In this document: piece after piece, positions 25,074 through 38,200 of the stretch
Numbering within the stretch: position 1 is the first letter of the stretch
Layout: each line of letters begins with the position of its first letter
From: Chiloscyllium plagiosum
Lineage: Eukaryota
NCBI RefSeq assembly: GCF_004010195.1
Contig: NC_057728.1
Coordinates: forward strand, 45,840,229 to 45,904,228
DNA: 64,000 nucleotides
Direction of reading: 5' to 3'
Position numbers and translations under genes: made by a program
The notes under the pieces: generated by a model
What the model was told of the DNA's origin: nothing
Databases searched by the model: none
What the model saw: the letters and a program-made list of their open reading frames with translations, nothing else

Positions 25074-28000
25074 CTAATAAAAGCCAGCCCATATTTCTTC
25101 AAGGGAAATGCATTCAGTTGGAAAAGGATTGGCTTGTAAGTAGAATGGTGGATTATGTTCCAATGTTCCCAGACAATGCAATTTAGCATAACAGGTGGAG
25201 AGTAGACTTTGCAAACTGTGGAATCAGGTAGCAGTTGCAGTCAATGACAACACTTTAGCCCAGGACCTGGATGCCATACCAAACAAAGCTTAATGCTTTC
25301 AAATGAGTGGTCAGAATCTTCAAATGCCATATCCTATCAACGGAGCCACTCACCTCAGGCTCTGTTCAGTTTTTCGCACACTCGCTTACCAATAATTTTG
25401 ACTTACACTTAAAATTCAAAACTCTATTTTATCCTCACAGACCATAGGACTGTTGCAAACCTCACACCCTGGTCATGTGAGTTGCACACATTGCTCATTA
25501 ATCAACAGTGACTGCCACATCTCAAAACCACAATCTTGCAGATGAAGGTGGAACACATAAGTGATGGCAGGCAGGTACATATGCTAGCTGCCTGTCCGAA
25601 ACCCCATGAAGGAGATAGTGCTCATGGTTAGTAGAGTGGCCCAAGTTGATGCCATGCTCAGTGATGGGCCTAAAACCATTGAAGACAATGCCATGGTCAT
25701 CCCTTATACACTTTCTATGTTATACTTCCTGCTCATTCCAGAATCTCTCGATATTGACAAGTATTAGATGCTGTAAGTCTGCATCTTGCAATGTCATTAC
25801 ACCTTCTGCCCTCAAACTCCTTTCACCACAATCTAACCTTCTCCTTTAAGATCTCCATGAACTGATGACTGGTCAGGCATTGGTGGACGAGCAATAGCTG
25901 AAGAGCAGGAAGATACACGAAGAAGAAACATCATTATTCACTCTCACAACTGCAGCTCTCAGCTATGTTACTGATACTCTGTGTACTTCAGAGGCTAGCT
26001 TGGAGGTGGAATTTGCGTATGATGATACAAATGGAAAAAGTGGCCTGCAGCTACAGAGGGAAGCAATGTGATGGGGTGACAACTCACTGGAGTGTCAGAT
26101 CACAGACAAGATCTGCTGCAGAGGAATCTAAAAGTGACTTCCAACAGCTGATGTATAAAGAAGATGACTAATGGATAAGCATGCTGGAATGCTTGGTATA
26201 TTGTTAGTGTTGCCACAAAGTTGTCATCCAATATCAAGGAGATGTATGGCACTAATTTGCCACTAACCACCCAAGGTTGTGTTGATAGTTAAAATATAGA
26301 TTGTAATGGAGTATCATAGAAAGAAGATGTACTGTGAGAATTAACCATTAACCTGCATGATCCATTTTTTATAGTTATACACCAGCTAGAGTTTAAGCTA
26401 ACTGGATAATTTCCAGTTGTGGTACATATATTGACGTGTATTTGCAAAGCTATATATGCACTTTCATTTGCATTCTTCATGAAAGGAAAACCTATAATTC
26501 ATGCAAAGCCACATGCCTGCTTTACATGCCTCTCTCTTCTCTCTAATTAAATGTATTTAGCTCCATTAGAATACTGAACCTCTATTCAGTCCCATATGCA
26601 ATAGTTGATGCTAAATTGTGAGTTGCTTCATATATTATCTGCTCCAAACTAGAAGGAGCCACTTGCATAAATGTTAATGGACACAGTGATCTCACAAATT
26701 CTAACAATGCTGTTTTTTCCCATGCTTTTGGGGTGCAATGTGCAAATTTCCATAAGAACATTCTTACTCAAATGATGAAACGGACCCTCTGTTCCTTATG
26801 GAGGCTTGTGTAGACAAATTGCTCCCTGAACATCCTAGATGGGCATGGCCTACTGCTGAAAGCCCTTGCCTCCCTCCTTCTCACTGTTTCATCAGCTTAT
26901 TCTGCTGTGTTTTGTCTCACTTCATTCTCCTCACCATGCTATAGTCCTATGGAATCCAAACAATTGAACTAATAGAGCAAATGTTTCATCAAGATTCTTG
27001 AAGTCAGGACCAATTCTTCAGGACCATAAGACTATAAGACATAGGGGCAGAAAGTAGGCCATTCAGCCCATCTACTCTGCTCTGCCATTCAATCATGGCT
27101 AAACTTTTCAATCCCGTTCTCCTGTCACCCCGTAACCTTTGATCCCCTTGATACTCAAGAACCTATTTATCACAGTCTTAAATACACTCAATGAAAGACC
27201 CAGTACATTGTACAATAAGTGACCAAAAACTATATCTAAATTTTCTTTAAACTCAGCAATGGGTCAATAGAAACTAACCACTAACCCATCTGTAAATGGC
27301 TGATGATCCCTTTAAATAGTGCCGTTGGTGGGGATGGGGTGGAGGTGAAAAAAGGAGTAAGATGGGCAGTGAGGTTAGATGATCTTTCTTGCTGCTGAAT
27401 GTGCATTCACCCATGAGATTATTTGAGGGCTTTAACTGGAGTATTGTGACAAGTCAACATTGTACACTGATTGATGTTATCATATGCCTATTCTAGCACA
27501 AGCGTATTCATCAGCGTGTAAGGCGAACATAGTTGCATTGTCATTAAAGGAATTAAATATTAGACATTTCATATAACAGACAACTAATTTGATAAGATTC
27601 ATTTTGCACCATGAAAAATTTCAGCCTCAATATTTTCAAGCTGGTTATCATACTCCATAAAAAATATACTAACAATATTTAATTTCTTTTAGTGTTTCTT
27701 GTAAAAACAAAAGTGTGCTATACAATGGTACATAGATGAATCAAAACAATTTCCTTAATAAACATTTTTTGGATAAAGGCAAATATGAAAAAGCATCAAT
27801 GCTTTCATTTAGGTCACGATATGCATCTTTTATCCAAAACAGTTCATTCAAAATTGTCCATTTATTTAGATAAAGTATGCCAAGTGTTTAATTTCTCTTC
27901 TGTTAGTCAGCTTTGTTCATGCACCTCAATTGTCATCTCTTTATACTTAATGAAAATCCATAACAAATATTATAAAACTGCTTGAGAACAAAAGTAGTAC

Positions 28001-29556
28001 AGCAATCTGGTTCACAAATAATTAACTGAATTAAATAACATTCCTATTATCATAAAATCACTGTCTACTTATAATGGAAATCTGAATTATCTTTCATTGT
28101 TTAGTCCAGAAAAAATAAAGCATTAGATGGGCTCTCATACGTCATGGAAAGCCAATTGTTTTGGTTATGAAATTCTTAATCTCACCCTGGAGACAGACAG
28201 ATGCTTATAATTAAAATGTCAATTGGAGTTCAATTATTGAAGACATACTCAAGATATTCTATTTAGTTGTAGATCAGATTTATAATGTTGCAGATAACTT
28301 TGCATCTTTCTTTGGTTGTGAATCTATATCAGGAAATTATAAACTATAATAAATATGTATTTGACTATCTATACAGAGTAACATATGGCTTTCATCCTAT
28401 CAAGATACTGTATTAAACTCTTTTTAGCTGAAAACCCACAAAAATTTCCTTTACTTACTTATCCAAAATAAAAATAATTGCTAATTAATTTTCAAAACTA
28501 TTCTGCACTTTCTACAATTACTTTATATATACTGGTGATCCTATGATAGATTTGGTGCCCAGTAATCACAGATGTATATTTGAGATTGTACGGCAAAAAC
28601 TATACCTAATGAAAGTATAATTAGTGTGCTCTGAGAAATATAAGTGGTTGAGAGCTATCTCTAGTCTAAAATTTAATTTTCTTGTTGAGTTAGCATTAGT
28701 TTAGCTTCCTGATTATTAAAATTATATGAATCATTTCAATAAAGTGTCAGCTCAAGTAATCAAACCAAGAAACTAATAAACATACTGAGGAAAATTCGAA
28801 GTGAAAAATTATAATTAGGTCAATTATTGATTGACTCGTTTGTCATGAAAACTTGCCATTTATATTAAAAGAAATGAATTACAGGCTGGTTAAATTCCAA
28901 TTTGATGGTAAAAAGAAACTAAAGTTGCATTCCAGGGATTGAGCTCACAGGCAAAGATATCTGCACAACTTGTCTTACTTTGCCCTTCAAATTCCAACAT
29001 CATTGCGACAGAATTTAACTATCTTCTAAATATCACCAAAGACATTAACCTCAGCAGAATGTGAGTGAATCAGATTACCTATGCCATTAGCACAATATTC
29101 AGATATCCATCTAAGTACTCATCAGAGTGGACACAAACCAATCCATATAATTATTTGACAGTGGAAGGCTGAGAAGGGGATTCCCAGATGTAGGTTGGCC
29201 AAATTGCTATTCGATTACATGGGCCATGATCTTATTTGGACATCCATGATTGGTTGGGGAAAGTCATTTGACAATTTAACCTCCTATTCTCTGTGAAACA
29301 GGAAAAGCAGCTGAGATGCCAATGGAACTAGACCCAGAGTCTTTCCCTTCTCACCATTTAACTTGTACGATTTAAAACCCTGTCTGCTGTTTGAGACTGC
29401 TCCAAGTGCCACAGACAGAACTTCTTAGAGGAAGTCAACTTAACACTACTGTCTGCAAAAGAACATCTTTACCCCATAGAAGCTCAGAATCACTTAGTGA
29501 AAGCAATAGGACTGGAACATTTAGTGTGGTGACATAATAGAAGCTTACAAAATTAT

Positions 29557-30004
29557 AGAACATAGAACATAGAAGAATACAGCGCAGTACAGGCCCTTTG
29601 GCTCTCGATGTTGCACCGATCCAAGCCCACCTAACCTACACTAGCCCACTATCTTCCATATGGAGAAAGTGAGGTCTGCAGATGCTGGAGATCAGAGCTG
29701 AAAATGTGTTGCTGGAAAAGCGCAGCAGGTCAGGCAGCATCCAGGGAACAGGAGAATCGATGTTTCGGGTATAAGCCCTTCTTCAGGAATTGAAGAACTT
29801 TCATTCTGCACGCTTTTATAGGGAAAAAACCTACCCGGCTGCCCCTCTGGTCTTCGTCACTTCCCCCTGCTGCTCCCGCTCTTTCTGTGAAAAGAAAAGA
29901 AAAAAAACACCGCTGCCCGCTACCGGTAAGTAATTTTAAAACAAACTGTCTCACCTTAGCTGTAGCCTTCCGGGTTCCTTTACACTCTGCTGCTGCTCGC
30001 ACTC
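29557..30004 (-). mobile_element. Composite insertion: GC-rich probable CR1 5' UTR + Penelope hammerhead segment + CR1 3' tail
   Basis: CR1 tail (CATAGAA)n at 29557-29661, family-A segment at 29662-29806, GC-rich segment at 29807-30004; aaattat on both sides (29550-29556, 30005-30011); interrupts a plus-strand CR1. Confidence 0.7.
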
Positions 30005-30330
30005 AAATTATGATAGAAATGGACAGACAGAGTCTTTTTTCCCAGGGTAGAAATGTCAATTACTAGGTGATATAAATTTAAGGTAAAAGGGGGTAAGTTT
30101 AAAGAAGGTGTGACAGGCACGTTTTTTACACAGAGGGTGGTAAGTGCCTGGAATGTGTTGCCAGAGGAGGCCAATACAATAGCAATGTTCAGAGGTATCT
30201 TGACACATAAATGAATAGGCAGAATATAGAGGGGTACAGACTACGTGGAGGCAAAAAGTGTTTAGAAAGGCATCACGTGTTGGCAAAGTCTTGGTGGGTC
30301 AAATGACCTGAAATATTCTTTGTTCTTTGA
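30005..30330 (+). mobile_element. CR1 3' fragment (host of the composite; begins about 29500)
   Basis: ...ttttcccagggtagaaatgtc...tttaaggtaaaaggggg...acacagagggtggtaagtgcctggaa. Confidence 0.8.
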
Positions 30331-30709
30331 AGCTAGCCAAGTTGTCAAACTCCACAGACTATGTATCTCATTTGTTTCTCTGGACATTTAATTTGTTTAA
30401 TCTATCCTTCTTCTGCAATCTATTTATACATTATAATATTTCAATATATGTCAATGCATATTTTATTATTTTACTTTGACATATGAGCTAAATACAATAA
30501 AAGCTGTTATCTCCTTGTTTAAACTAATATGTACTGTGTGATTGTGCCTTTTATGATCATAGGACTTAAACTGTAACTGTATTGGCAAGTATATCCATTT
30601 TAACGAAAAAGCCTATCGAGTTCCAATTAGGAAAATGAAAAGGATGGGTAGAGAGGGGCATGCTTTTAACTCCTCCTCCTCATTTGATCATAGCACAATG
30701 AAGATAGTA

Positions 30710-30926
30710 CATTTGGTTCTGCTATAATATGTTTCTTCAACACGAATTGTCTGTAATGTAATTGAATAATTTAGACCATTATTTGTAGGACACCAACTTT
30801 CCTTACCTGTATTCGCTATAATGCAATTCCGGTCCCATTGGTTTAAATAGTGCTGTTTTTACATGATTTTCTTATAACGTGGGATCGCACGGCAACGGAA
30901 CTATCGCGTTACATCAGAACAGACTG
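30710..30926. mobile_element. Tc1/mariner (Tigger/pogo-like) MITE, diverged
   Basis: Imperfect TIRs catttggttctgctataa / ttacatcagaacagactg; related copy at 43059-43287. Confidence 0.6.
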
Positions 30927-33436
30927 CAGTGAATAGAGGATGAAAACCATTGCTTTAACTTCAAAATGCAATCAAGCAGGAAAATTATCACTTAGATTTA
31001 TTACAGTATGGAAGGATTTATAGTTAGCATCAACAAGGGAAATTTTAATTAACTTCAAAACATTAAAAGCTCATAGAACCATGAGAAAGAAAATAACAGT
31101 TGTTGAAAGTATTATCCAACAATTGACTTCTCCAGAACAAATTGTAGCCTTTAGAGAAATTAACTACTGAAGGATTTTTTTTTGTCATTTTATAAACATT
31201 TATTAATGAATCATTGTAGCAGTTCAATAACAGATGAACGCCATGCTATGTCAATCTGCCATATTGACCAGAAGAGATTCAATCTCCGATATAACCAGCG
31301 AATCAGTGGGAATGCTGAATACATATAACCTTTAGGGTAGGAAGAGGGTACATTGGTCAGAATTCTGGCACTAACTGCTCATCCTGGAAACACCTCAGTG
31401 AGTGTGGATGAGAACAAGTTTGGAATTTGCTATCATCACACCTATCAAACATCCACAGGTACTGACTGAAGAATAACCACTTGGCTATTAACAAATACTT
31501 ATTTTCAAGTATAGGGCCCTTTATCTTTTTTGAAGAGTTGCCTTTTTCTTCAGTTGCTGGATCTAGCGAGGATATTGTCATACATTTTTGCACCAGGACA
31601 TTTTTTTTCTGTACTGGACTAGCTGTCCTGAAGTGTTCAGAGGCCTTTTTCAATTGCTGTTGCTTTACTGTTCCCCATGGACACCCCATGCAAGCTTAAA
31701 GTACATCTCTGTACACACTCACTTTGTGTTTTTCAGAACTCAATCCTCTAAATTGAAATAAAACTTGGAGATTTGATTCCCTTGAGTAGGAAATGTGCAA
31801 TGAGTCCGTGGAAAACCTAACTTGGAAGCAAGAATGGAAAACAAGCAAGCACATAATTAGTTCATGTTACTTTTTCTAAAGCCATTTGCATGGCAATAAT
31901 GATGCCATTTTTAACTACATCAGACAATTCTCCTGCAGATGTGTTCTCAGTCCTGATGAAACATTTGCTGATAATGTGGGGAGAAAGGAAACACTCTTAT
32001 TGTGTGATTGCTTCATCATTTTGCAGCACAAAACAGAATATCTGGTTGCAAAACAATGAAAGATACAAAGCCTCACTAACCTTCTTTATAACTTAACACT
32101 TGGACTAGAATCATGATATAAAATCTGTGCATGAGATGGAGTCCATCCCATAGAGTCTTCAAATATTTATTTTCATAAGATTACAAAAAGCAGAATAGTT
32201 GAACTGGCCTAAAATTGCCAAAATGATCTTTTTTTTGATAATGTCAAACAAAGCCTTCTAAAGGAGGCACTATGTCTTTCGGTTTGAAGTGTCATGAGAA
32301 TTTAGAATTGTTAGTCTTTACTCAAAGGCCACAGTGGCAATTGATGGACCTTTTTGTAATATGTAATGACAGTATGATTGTGTAGCACTCAGATCTATAA
32401 GACTGACCACAGGTAAGCAGTTACTGGAACCCAGATATTACATTTCTGACCACAAATGTGAATGTGGATTCTCTTGCGAAATGGAGAAACCGGACAAATA
32501 GGAAACAGTTTTACAGAATGATGCAAAAAATCAAAGTGGAAGCTCCTTAAGATTTAAGGAATTTAAAATATTTCTTCAACATAAATGTTCATCTGTCATC
32601 AAAAGGAAATTGGACTTGCCACAAGGATTCCAGCTCTGAAGCAGCAGGGAATCGAAATAAAATCTTGGAAATATTTGAAGAAGAGAGGGGGAGTTTGCCC
32701 AATGTTCTGGGCAATATGCATTCTCTCACCAAAAGGATCCTCTGACTATTTATTTCAATATTATTTTTCTGACTTTGCTGTGTCCAAATGGGATCCAACA
32801 TTAGAACAGTAACATTGTTCATGAACCCCGAGGAAATGTCACCTGGATGTGAAAAGTGCTCAATTAATCATGTCTTTCTCTCTTGTAAGTCAGATGACAG
32901 AATGAATCAAAAAAAGTAGATGTCTTTCTAAGGATGATCTGTTGAAAAACCCAGTTGCAAAAAGCAATTCCCAAGATGCAAATATATATTAAAGAGTAAT
33001 TAAGTATCAACTGTATATGGATCACAATGTGTGAATTAAAAACACGAGGACATGAATTAGCAAAGGACAAATCTTACTTATTTAATTAAGTCAGGTTGTT
33101 AAGACAGGCTGGGTAGGTGTCGAAGTAATACAGGGGATGAGAAGTCACTGCCCACATTGACACCAGGGAAACGATTTAAATGATAAAGGTATAAAAGGCA
33201 AGGAGCCGAACAAAGGAGTATTCTGATGTTTCTGTAGCATCTTTCAAGGACTGCCCAGTATTTTAATATTTTTCTGTTTCTTTTACACATAAAATGTTAC
33301 TGACCAAGTATAGCTATGAAGAGTTTTTCTTCTTTAAAATTCAATATAATTCAATGATCCTTAATGAATGAGGGGGGGTGAGTGAAGTCAATGGGATGGG
33401 GGTGGAGATTGAAGTAATTGGACAAGGAACTCAGTT

Positions 33437-34068
33437 TAGAGACAACAAATTTGCAGATGCTGGAATCCAAAATAAACAGGCAGGAGGTTGGAAGAACACA
33501 GCAGGCCAGGCAGCAGCAGGAGGTGGTGAAAACGATGTTTCAGGTATAAGCCAGTCTGTTTCACCTCAAAGTCTCTTCAAAGGATGCCCAGTTTGAAGAA
33601 GTTCTCTGCCTCCCTCAGACATGAACTCAGTGAGTCCCTTCCTCACTGCCACAACGCCATGACCTCCTCAGCCCTCCAGCTCTTTGACAACACAATGAAA
33701 CAAACCCAATACTACAGCCACATGATGTTCCTCAGCTGTTGGCTTTGCACCTATCTCATCCCTCAAGACCTACAGGTACAGTTTAAACCATCCAAATTTG
33801 GACCCACCTTTGATGCTCCATACTTGTAATACCTCCAATGAAACAATGGACAATTCCCTCTCTGGATTCTCTGTTCCACCCTCTTGGCTATGCGAGGCAT
33901 GTCCATTCTGTTTCCTCCACCCTCTCCCAGCTCAAGGCTTCCTCTTCCCAAACATGTGGAGGACCACGACTGTCCAGTCCCGAATAAGGGTTATATCTAA
34001 AACATTGACTTCTCCACCTCTTGAGGCTGCCTGACTTGCTGTGTTCTTCCAGCTTCCTGCCTGTCTAT
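33437..34068. mobile_element. Penelope-like insertion with inverted termini enclosing an ORF N-terminal remnant
   Basis: Arms 33437-33552 (-) and 33973-34068 (+); internal plus-strand MPSLKKFSASLRHEL...QLFDNTMKQTQYYSHMMFLSCWL...LIPQDLQVQFKPSKFG. Confidence 0.7.
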
Positions 34069-34154
34069 CAAAGGACTCAAGTGGCAGCTAGATAGGATGG
34101 CAAGGTGTCCGATTGGCAGGTGGGGAGGGTGGAAAGTGAGTAGATGGACAGAAT

Positions 34155-34332
34155 ACAGTCCAAAGATGTGCAGGTCAGGTGAATTGGCCATGCTAAATTG
34201 CCCGTAGTGTTAGGTAAGGGGTAAATGTAGGGGTATGGGTGGGTTGCGCTTCGGCGGGTCGGTGTGGACTTGTTGGGCCGAAGGGCCTGTTTCCACACTG
34301 TAATCTAATCTTAATCTTAATCTTAATCTTAA
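34155..34332 (+). mobile_element. 5'-truncated HE1-type SINE
   Basis: cagtccaaagatgtgcaggtcagg...gggcctgtttccacactgtaatct followed by (AATCTT)n. Confidence 0.9.
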
Positions 34333-35231
34333 AATACTTGGTTGTTATGGTGGCAGATAGGATGGTGGTTGGGTAGGGTGGAAGGACAAAATGTTATGCT
34401 GGCAATATGGTCAAATCGCTGAATATATTTAAGAAAGAAATCGAGATGGAAAATGTCAAGAGCAGGAATATGAAGTTGATATAAAGAATCAAGCATAATG
34501 ATATGAGATGGCTGAGCAGGCTTGATGGGCTGAATGATCTGATTGTGCTCCCATTTCTATATTTCCATGTGGCACATCAGGTAGGGTAGTGGCATGTTCA
34601 GACAGATAGTAGGTGGCACATGGATGGGGAGTAGAGTAGGTTCACTGGTCGTTGAGGCAAGTCAGGAGTTAGGTGATGAGGTTGGCTGGGTTGAATCTGA
34701 GAGTTTGGGTCAGAGCTGGATGTTAGGTGGCAGTTGAGTGGCTAGGTTGGGTCAGGTCTGTTTGGGGTGGGATTTATCGTTAGAAAACCAGACAGGTTGG
34801 TGAGTTGGGATGGGCAGTTTCAGTGATGAATCGGTTGGGGATTGGGTATGGAGGTTGTTGGGAGGTTCAATTTTGTCATTAGCCAGAAGCTTAAGGATAT
34901 TTTAATCTTTCTAACATTTTCAAGATAGCCAGTCCGAAGTGTGTGACTGTGAAGTGTCTTAAGAGCATTTGCTTTTTGAGGTGTTCTGAGGGGCTGTTTA
35001 ACCTTAGTTGGCCTGTTCCCTGTATTTGCCTCATTTTAAGTTTGGGATGTCAGAATATAAGTCTTATCTTTGTACAGTCTAAACTTTTCTTTTTGGTCAA
35101 TAATTGATTTCATATTTGCTTGAATAAGTTCTACATGTAATAAACTTGTTATTCTTTGACTAAAATAAATGGCTGAACTATTTTCGTATGAAATTGCATT
35201 ATTAGACATATCACCACTGTGATTAAATTAC

Positions 35232-38200
35232 AGTCATAGAGTCATAGAGATGTACAGCATGGAAACAGACCCTTCGGTCTAACTCGTTCATGCTTACCAG
35301 CTATCCCAACCCAATCTAGTCCCACCTGCCAGCACCCGGCCCATATCCCTCCAAACCCTTCCTATTCATATACCCATCCAAATGCTTCTTAAATGTTGCA
35401 ATTGTACCAGCCTCCACCACTTCCTCTGGCAGCTCATTCCATACATGTACCACCCTCTGTGTGAAAATGTTGCCCTGTAGGTCTCTTTCATATCTTTCCC
35501 CTCTCACCCTAAACCTATGCTCTCTAATTCTGGACACCTCCACCCCAGGGAAAAGACTTTGTCTACTTATCCTACCCATGCCCCTCATGATTTTGTAAAC
35601 CTCTATAAGGTCATCCATCAGCCTCCGATGCTCCAGGGAAAACAGCCCCAGCCTGTTCAGCCTCTCCCTATAGTTCAAATCCTCCAACCCCAGCAACATC
35701 TTTGTAAATCTTTTCTGAATCCTTTCAAGTTTCACAACATCTTTCCGATAGGAAGGAGACCAGAATTGCATGCAATATTTGAACAGTGGCCTAACATGAT
35801 CTCCCAACTCCCATACTCAACAATCTGACCAATAAAAGAAAGCATACCAAACACCTTCTTCATTATCCTATCTACCTGTGACTCCACTTTCAAGGACCTA
35901 TGAACCTGCACTCCAAGGTCTCTTTGTTCAGCAACACTCCCTATGATCTTACCATTAAGTGTATAGGTCATTTGCTTTCCCAAAACGCAGCACTTTGCAT
36001 TTATCTGAATCAAACTCCATCTGCCACTTCTCAGCCCATTGGCCCATCTGATCAAGATCCCTTTGTAATCTGAGGTAACCTTCTTCACTGTCCACTACAC
36101 CTCCAATTTTGGTGTCATCTGCATACATACTAACTATACCTCTTATGCTCACATCTAAATCATTTATATAAATAATGAAAAGAAGTGTACCTAGCACCAA
36201 TCCTTGTGGCACTCCACTGGACACAGGCCTCCAGTCTGAAAAACAACCCTCCATCACCACCCTCTGTCTTCTACCTTCGAGCCAGTTCTGTATCCAAATT
36301 GCTAGTTCTCCCTGTATTCCATGAGATCTAACCTTGCTAACCAGTCTCCCATGGGGAACCTAATCAAATGCCTTACTGAAGTCCATATAGATCACATCTA
36401 CTGCTCTGCCCTCATCAATCCTCTTTGTTACTCCTTCAAAAGACTCAATTAAGTTTGTGAGACAAGATTTCCCAAGCACAAAGCCATGTTGACTATCCCT
36501 AATCAGTCCTTGCCTTTCCAAATACATGTACATCCTGTCCCTCAGGATTCCTTCCAACAACTTGCCAACCACTGACATCAGGCTCACTGGTCTATAGTTC
36601 CCTGGCTTGTCCTTACCACCCTTTTTAAACAGTAGCACCACGTTTGCCAACCACCAGTCTTCCAGCACCTCACCTGTGATGATTGAAGATACAAATATTT
36701 CACTAACAGGCCCAGCAATCACTTCCCTAGCCTCCCACAGAATCCTAGGTTCACCCAATCAGGTCCTGGGGATTTATCCACCTTTATGCATTTCAAGACA
36801 TCTAGCACTTCCTCCTCTGTAATGTAGACATTTTGCAAGATATCGCCATCTATTTCCCTACATTCTGTATCTTTCATGTTCTTTTCCACAGTAAATACTG
36901 ATGCAAAATGCTCATTTAGTATCTCCCCCATCTCCTGCGGCTCCACACAATGACCGTCTAGCTGATCTTTGAGGGGCCCTATTCTCTCCCTAGTTACCCT
37001 TTTGTCCTTAATGTATTTGAAAAAACCCTTTGGATTCTCCTTAACTCTATTTGAAAATGTGTTGCTGGAACAGCGCAGCAGGTCAGGCAGCATCCAGGGA
37101 ACAGGAGAATCGATGTTTCGGGCATAAGCCCTTCTTCAGGAATGAAAGTTCTTCAATTCCTGAAGAAGGGCTTATGCCCGAAACATCGATTCTCCTGTTC
37201 CCTGGATGCTGCCTGACCTGCTGCGCTGTTCCAGCAACACATTTTCAGCTCTGATCTCCAGCATCTGCAGACCTCACTTTCTCCTTAACTCTATTTGCCA
37301 AAGCTATCTCATGTCCTCCTTTTGCCCTCCTGATTTCCCTCTTAAGTATACTCCTACTTCCTTTATATTCTTCTCAGGATTCACTCGATCTATCCTGTCG
37401 ATACCTGACACATGTTTCCTTCTTTTTCTTAACCAAACCCTCAATTTCTTTAGTCATCCAGCCTTCCCTATACCTGCCAACCTTCCCTTTCACCCTCTGG
37501 ACTCTCGTCATCTCATTTCTGAAGGCTTCCCATTTTTCAGCCACCCCTTTTCCTGCGAACAGGTATTAGCTTTTGCCTAATACCTAATTGGCCTTTCTCC
37601 AATTTAGGACTTCAACTTTTAGATCTCATCTGTCCTTTTCCATCACTATTTTAAATCTAATAGAATTGCGGTCGCTGGCCGCAAAGTGTTCTCCTACTGA
37701 CACCTGAGTCATCTGCCCTGCCTTATTTCCCAAGAGTAGGTTAAGATTTGCACCTTTCTCTAGTAGGTACATCCACATACTAAACCAGAAAATGTTCTGG
37801 TACACACTTAACAAATTCCTCTCCATCTAAACCCTTAACACTATGGCAGTCCCAGTCTATATTTGGAAAGTTAAAATCCCCTACCATAAGCACCTATTAT
37901 TCTTACAGATAACTGAAATCTCCTTACAAATTTGCTTCTCAATTTTCTTCTGACTATTAGACAGTCTATAATACAATCCCAATAAGGTTATCATCCCTTT
38001 CTTATTTCTCAGTTCCACCCAAATAACTATCCTAGGTGTATTTCCGGGAATATCCTCCTTCTGTACAGCTGTAATGCTATCCCTTATCAAAATCGCCACC
38101 CCACCCCCCCTCCTCTCTTGCCTCCCTTTCTATCCTTCCTGTAGCATTTGTATCCTGGAACATTAAGCTGCCAGTTCTGTCCATCCATGAGCCATGTTTC

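Noticed and set aside
25480..26260. Possible ancient transposon-derived (Harbinger/Myb-like) coding remnant
   Set aside because: Composition looks coding-like, but no motif could be read with confidence.
31357..31699. 110-aa minus-strand ORF
   Set aside because: No recognisable homology or convincing splice context; length is within chance expectation.
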